A stretch of DNA of 63,500 nucleotides, the filler included, from Folioceros fuciformis (lineage: Eukaryota): NCBI GenBank assembly GCA_049999805.1. It is 3 parts of 3 records of this genome, joined end to end, with 100 filler letters (N's around TTAATTAATTAA, not from the genome) between each part and the next. Parts side by side here need not be neighbours in the genome. Positions count along the whole stretch, not along the records: positions 1 to 17,763 come from JBNGIO010003126.1; 2 more parts are not named here. The stretch is one strand, 5' to 3'. Shown in pieces: positions 1 through 13,431 of this stretch. The position numbers were made by a program, and so were the translations under genes. Within the stretch, counting starts at the first letter, position 1. Each line of letters starts with the position of its first letter. The notes beneath the pieces are model-generated. The model was not told the DNA's origin. It saw only the letters and a list, made by a program, of their open reading frames with translations, and made no database searches.

Positions 1-849
1 GAACTCCTGGCTTAGGGCGCTGAGCTGGTTGAGACTAAACCAAGGTTTTGATTTCCCTTGCCACTAGGGGAACGTGGAGGATCCCAAGACTGCCAAGATT
101 CGTGTGGCCGGATCCGCAATGGCTGACCACCTTGCATGCTGGCTAAGGTGAGGTTGCAGGGCCGTGAGCCAAGGAGGCTACCCAGCCCTAGGCCTCGCCT
201 CTGCCTTGAAGGTTGCAAGAGGGAAGGCTGTTGTGTTCCAAATTCCAAGAGAGAAGGGTTGAGTTGCAGATTTTGGAAGTGGAAGTGTTGAAGTGAGGAG
301 TTGAGCTGAAGTTAGGGGCTGGAGGGTGAAGTGAAGTGCTGAAGTGAAGGACTGAAATGCTAGGGTGAAGTGCTGAAGTGGTGGAATGAAGTGTTGAAGC
401 TGGAGTGAGAAGCTAGCTGAAGTTGAGGTTCTCGTTTAACTGCAGAGGTGGCTAGCACTAGGTGCTGAGAGTTGGAGGCCAGACTTGGGGCTGGAGCCTC
501 CTCTCAGCACTGAAGTGATTGATACTTGGAGCTGGAAACAAGGGTTGAAGACAATGCTGGAGTTCTCATTTTGTTGAGGCTGGGGTTGGTGTTGTGGTAG
601 GAGCCAAAGACAGGACCAAGAATTTTGACCTATTGCTATAGCACTTGGTATATGCTGATAGATAGGGTGAGATTAGGGAGATGGAGGTAACCTTGACATT
701 AGTTCACTCCCTTGGGAGCAAATCGTAAGACTGCAACGATAATAAGGGGAAGTGTGGCCTCTTGGTGGTTCTTGGGTGTGCAAGAAATCACTCCACATGA
801 GGGTTGCCTAGTAGATCCATAAGTTGGAGGAGTCTTTTTTTAGTTTCAT

Positions 850-1400
850 CATGATGTAACCCATACCTGCTAGTGTTTTGCTCTAATCGAATGTGCACGT
901 TTCCTCGCGAAAAAAGAATCTAGTAGATATAAGTCTTACACACACCAAGTTTTTAGCAAGTAAAGGCATCTTGTAAGGTATGCTATAGCCACAAAGTCCT
1001 TGCATCATTCAAAGAAAATTGGACAGTTTCAACACCCTTAATGGGGATTCTTGTTTGTCTTCTAATAAAACTACTGGTTTGTGACAAGCTAAAACTTGTT
1101 TATATGTAACAATTTGCTTTTGAGATGAGCATATGCGATTCAATGCTCTACTATCTAGAAACTATGAATGTGAATCAATAGCAAATGAGTTAAGACATGC
1201 CACAAACAACTCCATCATCAAGGCTCTTATGGTATGTACTTCAGAATGCTTTGAAATTCCTCTTGCTGCCTCATTTGACTTAATCTTCCTAAATTCTTTT
1301 GTCTGATGCCTTGGCTGCTTGTAGTAATTATAGTTGTGGGGCTTCTTCCCCTCCTAAGAAAGACTTCTTCACCTTGTTAAGAACTAGGTCTCTAGTTTGT
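850..1400 (-). mobile_element. Highly degenerate Ty1/copia gag-protease remnant
   Basis: Hand translation of the minus strand gives a decayed zinc knuckle (YNYYKQPRHQTKEFRK, cf. CNYCKQPGHWTKECRK, ~1285-1335). It is followed by a copia protease-like stretch (FLDSRALNRIC...IPIKGVETV...LLAKNLVCV, ~930-1160) with stops and frameshifts. Boundaries are approximate. Confidence 0.6.
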
Positions 1401-2624
1401 TTGTAAATTGGTAAGTTGCCTTCTAGCCCCTTGTGGTAAGGACAAAGATAGCACATTCAAGTCCCTTTTCCTGGCGGGACTTTGTTTGCAATGTGGCATC
1501 CTCTCTCAAGCTCTAAATTCTTAATATTCAACTACTGCTTGGTTACAATGCTACCGCTTTCGTTAGCAAACAAATATGACCGTTTTTAGTTTCAGTTCAT
1601 GTACTACTTGTTCTTGTTTCTTTTTTTTTGTTCTCTCAGTTTCACCTTGCTTAATTCCAAGGATGCAGTATTCTCATCAAGATTCAAAACTTCCTCCATG
1701 TGGTCCAGTGCATGACTCATGGTGTTGCAAACTCATGTCCACCTGTCTCCACCACCTTCCAACAAAACTCCATTTTGTTCCACATATCCCCAAGTAGAGC
1801 GGAAGATGTGGGGAATGAACTTTGGAGTCCACATACTCTGTTTGTGAAATTGACTCAAACATTTTGGATAGAGATTTCTTTCGTCCATAGTGGGTCTGCC
1901 TTTACAAAGACGTTGTGGTTTGTGTCACAATCTTGATACAAGCTGTAGGACCGCGTGCGTAAAAGCATTTGCAATCGCTTAAAAGTGAAATAGAAAAAAC
2001 TTTAAGAAGCATGAATGAATTGGATGTGTTCGTTTCATAGTACAAGATATGTCTTGTCAAACGATGTCTTTCTTACAGAGGCATTGTGTCTTCTTGCAAA
2101 AGGCAGTATGTATCAAGTCTCATGGTGAACTACTTTCACACACAACGAGCTCATGGGCAGTAGCTTGTTGGAACATGAGTATCGATCAATCATCGACCAT
2201 CAGCCCTTGAATAGGTTGTACGACAAACACAGCTCTTCTAGGAAAGAGGGCGAGGTGGGCTCTCATTCTGCTATATAATCTATGCGCCAAGCTCTTTCAA
2301 ACATGCTTTTACTGACCTCTTTTTACAGGAAATGTAATTGCGCCTCAGTCGTACCCAGAGTGGGTTCTCAGTAAACTGGATACTCAACTTCACTTAAGTT
2401 CGTCGTCATGTGGTCACATCCCCTCCACGGGACGCTTTAATTGAGGACGCAAATTTCGTGACAAAACGAAGGCAGAGGACCCTCTCAGATTAGTGATCTC
2501 CCACCTGTCCGTTACATACTGCCACCGTGCAGCTCCTGTTTTCGTTGTGAAAGGATTTAGAGCAATGCTTTGTTCACCGCCAAGTCACCATCGATGTTGA
2601 AAACAGGAGGCAAATCTGAACCTT

Positions 2625-5600
2625 TTATCTAAAAGCACCCATGTCAGAAGCCAACAGCTGTTCAAGCGCCATGTTGACCCGATCCTGGATGTCAGCAGCA
2701 TACACAAGCTTAGGAGGAACAATTAGCTACACAAATTACAAAGAAGCAAGAAGCACCTAGCAAGACTAGAAGACACTACTCCCGTACTTTGCAACAGGGG
2801 ATGTGTATTAACCTGCACATCAAAGCATGGGTCATGCATCATCATTCGCAACTGCAGCTCTACGCCAGCATCCTGAAGCCTCATGACATAGTTCCCAATA
2901 TTTGAGGTGCCCGGAAATGTGAGATTTATTACGCACCAAAGGGCCACGATCCGCAAGTTTGGATTGCTCATGTCTTGCAGATAATTCATGAGAATTGATG
3001 AACCACTGTTACAATTGCTGGTCAGGATATCGAGAACTGCCTCCTTATTGTCCGCATTGCCCGCAGCCAAGTTACTAAGCACATAAAGTGCCTGCCAGAA
3101 AGCAACAGACGTTTGCAGCAAAACAAGCTAGCAACCAAGCAAACACTTGTGACAATTTGACGTAAAAAAGCACGACATGCCCTACTAGTAACCTGCAAAC
3201 AGATCTCAGGTCGCCCAGTGAGACACAGGTGCCTTTTCACCGCTAATAGGAGGGGGCCATCATGAGCGAAAAAATGCTCGGAATACCCTGTCACTCCACA
3301 AACCAGGTTGCGAACAAGAGCCATGGCATGTTCCTGAACTGCCTCACTTGAATCTGCAGAAGAGATGTAATGTGCAGCTTGAGAAAGGAACAAATTCAAG
3401 ACCAGCCAAGAATCATCCTTCGAAGGAGCACTGGCAACTTCGTAGAAAGCATATCACAGTGAGGCAAAGATAGCTGCAGAAAAGTGCAGTTAGCACTTGC
3501 AACCTTGGCAAGAGCATCAAACTGTAGAGACCCTGAGTGGAGCACAAGCAACTCGCACAACATGCAGTCTGATCAAGTAGTCAGAGACAACAAGGTAGCA
3601 GAGAATACCACAAAGTAGATTGCTCAACGTGTGTACAGAAAGCTCCACCAAGAGAATATCTTTCACTGCTGCTTCTGCCAAATAAGACACGTTCTGAAGA
3701 GCCCACACAGCATCACACCTGGTGCATGAATCGTCTGATTGCGCCAACTGAACAAGTTGACTGATACCACTGCTGTCAACTACTGCAGCTTTCTGTGGTG
3801 CGAAGTCAAGGACTATGTTGCCTAAAGCTGTCAATGCCATGGCCTGCAAATCAGTTCCCCTCCATTAGCAAAGATCAAACCTTGAGGTTCAAAAACCACA
3901 TTTACTCAATAGCAATCCAACATAGTGGAGTGTTCGCACCTGGACTGTTGGCGAAGGATCTCTCAACAACCCAAAAAAGCTACCCACCAGATTCTCGCCT
4001 GTCAAGCCAGTACGAAGGTTCTGCAATTGGCAGAGAATCCAGTAACTAGACACTTCGCAGTCAAGACGAGATTGATTGCATACTGCACAAACTTTTTACA
4101 AGCGACAAGCATAATATACAACTTGCTCTTGTAACCTTGACGGATCGTGAGAGATTCCTCACACACACACAGGCTGCAGCTCGGACTTTCGGACACGCGT
4201 GTCCCAGCGAGGCAATGACCGTGGTGGTGGCCTGAAGCAAACAAAGTCCACCCACTTCAGCTACTAAGCAAGCAAAATTTGTTCAAGCCATTTGATCTCA
4301 GCACATTTGCATGAACTGGCTGCAAACTTAGCAGCAACATCCCCTGTCACTCTCAGGGAGTTTCCAGCAATCTCCTGGCTTAAATATACCAAAGTACTTA
4401 ACCAAGAAAAACCAACATGCACAGTAGTGAGAAGAGCTCCTCATTATTCGACCATAGCTTTAACTCAACAATCACATGGAATTTGCAAAAAAGCACGAAG
4501 GAGCACAGGAAGGTAGATATCAATGGTTGAACATAGCTACCCAGCATGTTGACTAACTTGCTGGTCCTTACCATTCCCCCAACAATAGAGTGTAATCTGT
4601 CCTAAAAATTCTTTTCAATTAGATTTAATACAAAGGACGTGTGCTTTACCTGCATCTCCATCAGCTGTCTTCTGCTATCTTCGATCCCTGAGCACAATTC
4701 TGCCAAGGCTCGCAGGAGACCTTCCAACTGGGTGGAAGACATTTCTCCTCTGACGACAGCCACAGCAAGCTTCTCAATAGCGTTCATACAAAATGCCGCA
4801 TTCTGAAGCTCCTGGCTACCCTGTATCAAGTCCGCTAGTATAGTAGGAGCCTCCTCTCCAACCGGGTTCGGCTCATCTAACAACTTCACGAGGGTTGCAA
4901 CCATGATGATTTTCAAGTCCCAATCCTCATTTGGGTTAGCCGTCTGTCTGGTGTTTGCCAGACACTTGCATGCCAACAACCTTGTCCGAGGGGACTTGTC
5001 CCTAACGAGTAGACTCAAAATCTTATACGCTCTGCCACCATCCATAGAAACTAACATTCGTGATAGCTGCTTGTTACCCCTAACCAGAGCAGCTAATGCA
5101 TCCAGACCTGCCTCCTGTTTCTTGACAGACCCATCAAGAAGGCGGACCAGTCTTTCCAGGCCGCCTGCATTTGCAAGAACTCTTTGATGCTCAGAAGTTT
5201 CACAACATCTGGCAAGAACACAAGCAGCAACTTCTGAGACACAATCATTTCTTTTATCAAGGAGCTGAAGAATAAACTCCAAACGGCTTTCGTTAATCAG
5301 GTCGCTTTTTGGGGCATAAGTGGATCGAAAAATCATCTTCAACGTACGAGCCCCAGCCTCCACCACCTGATCAATCAGTACATATAATTTCACTGTCAAT
5401 GATACAGCTCAAGTGAACTGCCACAGCCAAAAACTGAATAAAGCTAATCACCAAACAAAAGACGCAACAAAATTGGACACAATACAAGCATAACTGTCAA
5501 TGGAAGGAGTGGGTTCCAAGTGGAAGGAAAGTCTTATGCAATAGGAAATGAAAACATGGAGATCATGAAAAATCCTGCACCTTGGTATCTTCGTTGGAGA

Positions 5601-5904
5601 GCATCCTCAAAAGGTGTGGAAGAACGCCGCTTTCAACAACCGCTTTCGAGCCAGCATCAATTCCACAGGCAAAACTACCCACAGCCGCGGCTGATTGCAC
5701 TAATAAAGGGATTTCTGTAACACTGGCCAAGATCTCCACAACCCTAGGCACCGCTCCAAGTTTGATGTAAGACAACTTTTTGGATTTATTTCCTATAATT
5801 TGGTTCTTCACCTCGCGCAATGCTTTCAGTCTGGCATCAGTATCTTGTGAACTTAGGATCTCCACCAGATCTTCCGGACGCGCGAATGCCGCTGTGACGG
5901 GCAT
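2625..5904 (-). CDS. ARMC8: Armadillo repeat-containing protein 8 (ARMC8/GID5-like subunit of the CTLH/GID E3 ligase), ~8 coding exons
   Basis: N-terminus MPVTAAFARPEDLV...LKALREVKNQIIGNKSKKLSYIKLGAVP is typical of plant ARMC8. ARM repeats continue through GT-AG exons at about 5904-5581, 5366-4650, 4231-4136, 4020-3940, 3843-3609, 3356-3193, 3092-2813 and 2684-2625 (DRVNMALEQLLASDMGAFR-stop). Confidence 0.92.
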
Positions 5905-7358
5905 CTCAACGACCGTTCTCATGTTCAATATCACAAACTCTATGGTAAACATTCATGGTGCAACATGACAGGACAACAACGTGCCTCTGGTCAATCTCAG
6001 CTAGCTCTCAAAAGCCGATGAACGGTATACTAAGATTGTACTTCATTCAACCTGCCTACAAGACCCTTACCCTATCGACTTGTAGTTAGAGCTGCTTTCC
6101 ATGTGGCCAAATATTTACAAATATACTAAATCCGGTTGGTGGGAGAGTTATTCCACTTACGTTTCGGCCCTTCTCTCGAGACCCTTCTCCCATGAGACGG
6201 CAAAATTTTCTGCCTTCAGAGGCTATTGACAGTCCCAAAAACAGGCAAAGACTATCATCTTGTGAGCACGTACTTGAGATTGGGAGATGGCTGCCCAACT
6301 GGTTTTCTTTCTCCTCTCCTTTTTCTTCTTCCCATGGAATTTTTATTTTCCTTCTTTCTTTCTTTCTCTTCTCCTTTTTCTTCTTCCCATGGAGTTTTCC
6401 CTATGTGGAGAGAGGGACCCCAAGAGACTCTACGACTGCCAGCCTGAAATCGGCGTAGCAAACGGTGTGGACAGAGACGTGAGGGGAGAGGGGGAGCGAA
6501 AGAGGGCGGTGTAGGAGCCACCACGTCAAGCTAAAGACAAAGATCTGGCCTTGAATATTTTCAAACAGTCCTCAAAATGAAGTAACCATTATGCTGATAG
6601 AGGGAAGAGACGTACCCAAGTTGATTTTGCCTTCCAGAAACCGCAGGCAACATCTCGATATTTTCCTTTTGCCATCAAAGCCACCGCCAAATACTTCAAT
6701 GCATATCTAAGGAGGAAAATGTAAATAAGGGGGAGGAACTTGTGAATGAAGTGCTAGGGTAGGAAAGGTGGCCAAAACATGAAGTAAATAGAATAGGGTC
6801 TGAAGTCTCTATTTAGTCCTACAAGGGGCTTTTATTGTCACATTGAGAGAGGAGGGAAGATGCAAAAGAGGTTATGGGAATTCTCATTCATTCCAACTTA
6901 TTGCCTTGAGCCATCGACCTCGACTTAGAGTTATGGAAGACTTCATTGCCATGCACTCATCAAGACAACCGATCATGCTCATGGGGATGGATTCAAGATC
7001 GATAGTGGGTAAGTGTGGTCACTACATAGGGAACTCTGAAGATCTTGGAGTTTTCCAACCATAGGAAGCAAGCACTATGTGGTGCAAAAGAGAAGATGAC
7101 ATCTACAACTATTAGGTGAAATGAAAAATCATCTAATTAATTTTAGAAAAACAAGATGGAAAACTCATCTACCCTTAGAGAGGGAGATAAATCATGATAG
7201 AAATACTAGGGGCTAGCCCTCTAAAACGTAATGACTACCAATAGCACCTAAAATATCATGGTTCGAGAGGAGAAAGGGTCTACCTGCAAATGGAGTTGCT
7301 GATGTTGTCTCTCTTATCAACGTTGTCGTCCTACATGTGGAATTAGCCAATGCTCGTT

Positions 7359-7574
7359 TAGTGGAAATTTAGGGCACGTTTCGTCTAGCCCTAAATTATA
7401 TTATTATACAACTAGCTACTTAGGGCACGGTTGAGTTACTAGTCACTAGTCGTAACCCGTCATAGACGGTCACCACCCATAGATAAGCGGTGAGACAGTT
7501 CGTCACATAAACCTTTTAAACATTCTGCCTCCGGCGCTATAATTTAATCTTACACAATCCTTGTAAATTCTCTA
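7359..7574 (+). repeat. 5' LTR of element A (216 bp)
   Basis: Direct repeat of 13215-13431; about 9 substitutions and 1 indel by hand alignment. Contains a short hairpin TTTAGGGC...GCCCTAAA. Confidence 0.95.
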
Positions 7575-8617
7575 TGGTATCAAAGCTCGCATCTTCAAGC
7601 TCCGTAGGAGTGAGCATGTCAGAATGTTGAATAACGAATAGGCTATTTGCAAAGTAGGCATGCTGCCTTGTGGAGAGGATGGTTAGCACGTATTGCTTTT
7701 TTCTGACACAAAAACTTACAATGTCCAGTGGTATGGTGAGAAGTGTCAAAACACCTCAGCCTACAAATGCGTGCCTACAATAACAGAAAATTGCACAACT
7801 TAGAGTTATGTCTCTCATGCATGGAAACAACATGGCCTAGATGTCAAAATCACAGAAGACGTAGAAATGACTCCCAATTTAGGCCTCACCCTGAATGGAG
7901 GGTTTCTCAGTTTCAAACTGAATCGTCTCTGTCTCTGCTTGTGTTCCAGTTAGGTCAAAAAAAGATCATGATCCTCGGCATAATAATACAGGGCCAAGGG
8001 GATTCATTACAGCCCAAGCTCGATCAATAATCCTGGAAAATTCTGCTAGTAAAGTAGAGAGTCAAGTCTGTCTCATTCATGAGATTATATGCACTCAGAA
8101 TACCACCAAAAGGAGTGTTCAACCAACCTCCTACAGAATTCACATCGTGTCCTCTTTGTGGGATAAATTTGTCTACAATAAGAGATGACATGGCTAGTAG
8201 CATCGAAATGGAGATGCTCAGGCTCTAAGCCTCATGTGGCCTAGTTCCCCTGGTCGTATGTTGCAGGAGAGACTTGAGAGAGAGGCACAATTGGTTGAAT
8301 ACTTGTGAGGTCTAAGTGCAAAAACCTCACATGCAATCAATGAACAAGAAAATGAAAATGTGTCAGAAAGTGCAAACTCGCCTCTTCCTGACTATGATAA
8401 TATAGTGAACAAGGCTATTGATCCTGAAAGCTCAACCACCCAGTACACCACACCTGGGTTTACCTTCCACCCTGGAATTATCTTTGATCCAAGCCTGACC
8501 ACGCAGACCAACATTCCTGCAATTAGGATGTTCTGGTGGTGGAGGTGGCGGAGGTGCTAGTGGTGGTGGCAGAGCAGGAGGTGGCGGTGAGGAGGGTTTC
8601 CTCAAAACCAGCCACCA

Positions 8618-11600
8618 TTGAACCCACCTCATTATAATCCTACAGTCCAACACTATGTAGGGACGTCATATTTTAAGGAGAAGGATAGGTTCAATGGGTC
8701 AGACTTTGACATATGGGTAATGAGGATGAAGGGGTCACTTAAGAGCAAAGAGTTATGGAGAATTGTAGATCCGAATCAATTAGTACCAGCAGTTGGAGTT
8801 GCCACATGAGCAAAATGGGACCGGTTAAACGACCTGGCCCTGAATCTGTTAGTCACGGGTCTCACAACAAATATGCTGAGGCATGCTCAAGGATACACCT
8901 TAGCCAAAGAAGTATGGGGAGAGCTCACAATGCTCTACTCAAGTGACAACATGATGTCATTGGTTACTGCCTCCTCGCAGTTCAGAAACTTGAAGATGCA
9001 AGAAGGGGAGTCAGTTGAACATCACATTGCTACCTTCAGATCTTTAAGAGCAAAACTTTCTTGAGCAAGCGAAGAGCTTACATAAATTCTTGCCTGCGCT
9101 GCGCTGTTGCAGTCCCTTCCTGGGAGTTACAGGTCTTTCATTTCGACCTAGAATGCAGTCCTCAGATCCGCTCAAACTGCAGCAAGGATGTATGGAGGAC
9201 AAGTTCAAATAAGCTTCAATGAGATGGTGGGAGCTTTGCTCCAAGAGGAGGCAAGCCGAACCATACTGAAGACTCATCGTCCATAGGTTCTATATACCGA
9301 ACGTGGAAAGGGACCTAGACGGTACCCCACAAAACAACCGTGGAGCAAACCACAGCAACAAGCTACAATGTCAAAACCAAAGAAGGGCAAAAAGGCTGTG
9401 GGTAATTGTCATTGGTGTGGCATCCCAGGTCATTGGGAACGGGACTGCAAAAGGAAACTAAGTGGAGATCCCCGTCGCTCACCTGCAAGGGAAACACATG
9501 TGGTCAGAGGGACCACACCTTCTATTCTTAGAGTATGCCTCACAACCTTCACTTTAAATGAGAAATCGTGGTATCTTGATTCAGGGTTAACTGCCCACAT
9601 CTGCCACAACAGGCATATGTTTAGTACCTACACCAAAGCTGTAACAAAAGAGGTCGTTCTCCTTGGAAATGATTCACCCTGTACAATAGATGGCAGCGGA
9701 TCAGTTGTGATGCCAACTGGAAAAGGTAGGAGAATGATCTTGTTACAGGTGTACCACATACGTGCTATTCGGAAATACGTGGTATTGGTTATAAGGTTAA
9801 TGTGGCAGGAAAATTTCCAACTGGAATTTACAAACCAAAGCTGTCTCATCAAGGATCAAGCCACCAACTATGTGGTTGCCTCTGCAGAAGTGTGCACCAA
9901 TGATCTGTATATGCTCAGTAGCGTGAGTGAAGTTGAAACACAAGTACATGCTACAAGCACTCAATAGTCTAGAAATGATGCAGCAGCCCTATGGCATTCC
10001 AGACTCGGCCACCCAAATAAGAAGAGACTAGATGCGATGCTCCAAGACAACATGTATCAAGATGGCCTGCCCAAAACTCTGTTGGAAGCTGAACTTCCCC
10101 TATGTGAAGCCTATATTCATGGGAAGCAACATGATGCACCCTATACTCGGTTAGACGTGAGAGCATCTGAGGTATTAGCATTGGTGCATACAGATATATG
10201 TGGGCCCATTTCTGTAGCATCTTTCTCAGGGGCTAAGTTCTTTATCACCTTCCTAGATGACAAGTCCAGGCTGTGCTATACATATATAATTAAACATAAA
10301 GGTGATGCATTTAATATATTCAAGGAATATCTTATGCTAGTAGAAAGACAAACGGGCAAGACTCTAAAGACTCTTAGGTCAGACAATGGGGGTGAGTTTA
10401 CCTCTAATGCATTTCATAAGTTTTGCAAAGAGGCAGATATTGCTAGACAGCTGTCAATAGCATATGGGCACTCCTAGAATTCAGATGCAGAGCAAACGAA
10501 TAGGCGTATGTAGGAAATGGTGCAAAGTATGCTATGGCAAGCTGGTCTACCACTCAAATATTGGGCGGAAGCTATCATGGCAGTAACCTACATTCAAAAC
10601 AGGTTGCCTACCAAGTCTCTGGAGCACCAAACTCCATACGAAGTGTTCACGGGATGGAAGCCACCAATCAGCTATCTTCGAATCTTTGGCTCGCCTACCT
10701 ATGCCCTAGTGCCAAAGGAGAAAAGACTAAAGTTAGAATTTAAGGCTCGCAGGTATATTTTTATACCGAAGGAATTAAGGCCTATAAGCTATTTGATCCA
10801 GATACAAGAGCAGTGGTGTATGCTAGGTCGGTTACCTTTGACGAAGCAAGGCTGCTGCAAGGACCAGTGGGAGTTTACAAAAATTTGCCAAAACCACTGA
10901 AGGAGATTTTGGGGGATGAAGACACACATAACTTCTGGACCACCACTGAGAGTGTGTCTAGCCAAGACCTGCATTTGCAGCCACCATCACTCTTTGATCA
11001 TTCTGAGCATAGCAGTATAGACAAGGAAATCCAGGCATTGGATGATGCAGTCCAAGAGTCTAAAGGAGATGAGATCAAGGAAGGAGGAATAGAAGACGTG
11101 CAGGCTGCTGATCTAAATTCCTTTTCCGAGCTTGTGCAAATGCCGGAGGAACCTAGGTATCTGACCAGAGGTGAGAGATCTAGGAGGCCTCCGGATAGAC
11201 TCGTTCAGGATGACTTTAGAACTTCATCCAGGTCCAGGTCACAAGCAAGGCGGACAAGCGCGCCTGTACCAACACCTGCTCCAAGTGCTCCTATCGCAGA
11301 AAAGGAGGAATGTCAGGATGTGTCCATAGACACTACACTGAACACGGAGACACATAATGTAGATCTGGAACAGGATGACTCATCAATGTCATTAACCTTC
11401 ATGGCATAGGTAATGGCAGCAGATGGTCCTATGGACCCAGAGCCTCAAAGCCTTCAAGAAGCTATGCAAGGGCCAGAAAAAGCAAATTGGGAATAGGCAG
11501 TAAAATCTGAGAATGAGTCATTGCTGCAAAATAAGACTTGGGTTCTTTGTGATCTACCAAAAGGAAGGAGTCCAATATCTTGTAAATGGGTGTTCAAAAG

Positions 11601-13000
11601 GAAGATGGCAACAGACAGAATTGTGGGCAAGTACAAAGCAAGGTTGGTTGCCAGGGGTTTCAGCCAAGTCCTTGGACTAGACTTTCATGAAACCTTTGCA
11701 CCTGTGGCAAAATTCCAGACATTGCGCACCATCTTCACCCTGACAATACAACTCGATTGGGAGTTGCACATGATGGACGTGAAGACTACATTTCTTCATG
11801 GAAAGCTTGAGGAGGAAATCGTCATGCTTCAGCCACCAGGCTATGTTGAAAAAGGGAAAGAACACAAGGTTTGCAGGTTAGTAAAGACCATTTATGGACT
11901 TAAACAAAGTCCCTGTGCATGGAACACACGAATTCATGACTTCCTTGTTAATTAGAAGTTTTTGAGGAGCATTTTAGATGTGAGTCTTTACACTAAACAA
12001 GAAGGCATGGAGTACATCTACATAGTCATATACGTAGATGATCTGTTTATTGCTGCAAGTAGCACTCAAGCATTAGAACAACACTTAAACGAGAATTCAA
12101 AATGTCAGATCTCGGTGTCCTCGAATATTGTCTAGGTTTTCATGTAGAAAGAAACAAACAGAAGAGAACACTTTCCATACATCAGAGGAAGTATGTAAAT
12201 GACTGTCTGAGGAAGTTCGGACTCAAGGATGCGAAGTCATCCTCGACACCACTTCCGACAGGCACAAAATTGTGCAAGGCAATGTCATCAATGACAGATG
12301 TAGAAAAGCACGAGATGTCAGGAACTCCATACAGGAATGCGGTTGGGACCATTATCTATTTGAGCAATGTGAGTAGACTAGACGTGTCGTACGCAGTGAG
12401 CAACGTGTCCCAATTTTTGGAAATCTCGGCAAGGAACACTGGACTGCTGTCAAATGGATCTTCCGATATCTTAAGGGGATAGTCGGGTATGGAATTATGT
12501 ACAATGGCAACTCAACACAGAACCATAAGCTGCAGTTAGAAGCATATGGAGATGCAGACTATGCAGGAGACCACGACAGCAGAAAGTCTGTCTCAAGACA
12601 TGTGCTTACCTTGGCAGATGGCCCAGTGAGCTAGGGTAGCCGGAAGCAACCTACCGTTATATTGTCGACCAATGAATCTGAATATAGGGTTTTGACGATG
12701 GCAGCCAAGGACATCATATGGCAGCGAGCAATTCTTAAAGAACTCAATCAGACACAGACAGAAGCCACTCGCCTGAACTGTGAGTCAAGGAGCAATCGCC
12801 CTTGCTCAAAATCCGGTATTTCACAGTCGAACCAAGCATGTCGCTATAGAATATCACTTCAACAAATTGTCTTAGAATACGTTCCTACACATAATAATCT
12901 TGCAGATATTTTGACAAAACCTTTGCCCAAAGATCTGCACAATAGACATCTGGCTAGGCTAAACATCCTAGATGTGGAAAGTATGCATAGGAAGACTTAG
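8618..13000 (+). pseudogene. gag-pol of element A with multiple stops and frameshifts
   Basis: gag KDRFNGSDFDIWVMRMK; zinc knuckle CHWCGIPGHWERDC; protease WYLDSG; integrase LVHTDICGP and LRSDNGGEF; RT CKWVFK...KARLVARGFSQ, YGLKQS, YVDD; RNase H ADILTK. Confidence 0.95.
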
Positions 13001-13214
13001 CCAAAAGGGTTGAAGTAGAAGCGCAGTCGCATATCTACATGAAAAAGGCACTTTCCTTGCTTGAAGGCTGTACAAGATAGAACACTGGAAAGCTATGGAC
13101 TTCATCAACAAAAGAAGCAGTCAAAGGATCAACGAAGTGAAGCCGCCGTCCACAAACACCGGAATTAAAATCAATGACCTAACTCAATGCCGCGACGTAG
13201 CTGTTGAGTGGGAG

Positions 13215-13431
13215 TAGTGGAAATTTAGGGCACGTTTTGTCTAGCCCTAAATTATATTATTATACAACTAGCTACTTAGGGCACGATTGAGTTACTAGTC
13301 ATTAGTCATGACTCGTCATAGACGGTCACGACCCATAGATAAGCGGTGTGACAGTTCGTCACATAAAACTTTTAAACATTCTGCCTCCGGCGCTATAATT
13401 TTAATCTTACACAATCCTTGTAAATTCTCTA
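13215..13431 (+). repeat. 3' LTR of element A (217 bp)
   Basis: Direct repeat of 7359-7574, preceded by the polypurine tract. Confidence 0.95.

Larger units (their letters stand above)
7359..13431 (+). mobile_element. Full-length Ty1/copia LTR retrotransposon (element A), decayed, with TA...TA LTR ends
   Basis: Paired LTRs at 7359-7574 and 13215-13431. PBS TGGTATCAAAGC at 7575-7586; polypurine tract GAGTGGGAG at 13206-13214. TSD TCGTT (7354-7358) / TTGTT (13432-13436). Domain order gag-protease-integrase-RT-RNase H. Confidence 0.95.

Noticed and set aside
1931-2330. Possible PBS and LTR for the degenerate copia remnant (TCTTGATACA then TGTAGG...)
   Set aside because: The match to the Met PBS is imperfect and no partner LTR is visible to confirm it.
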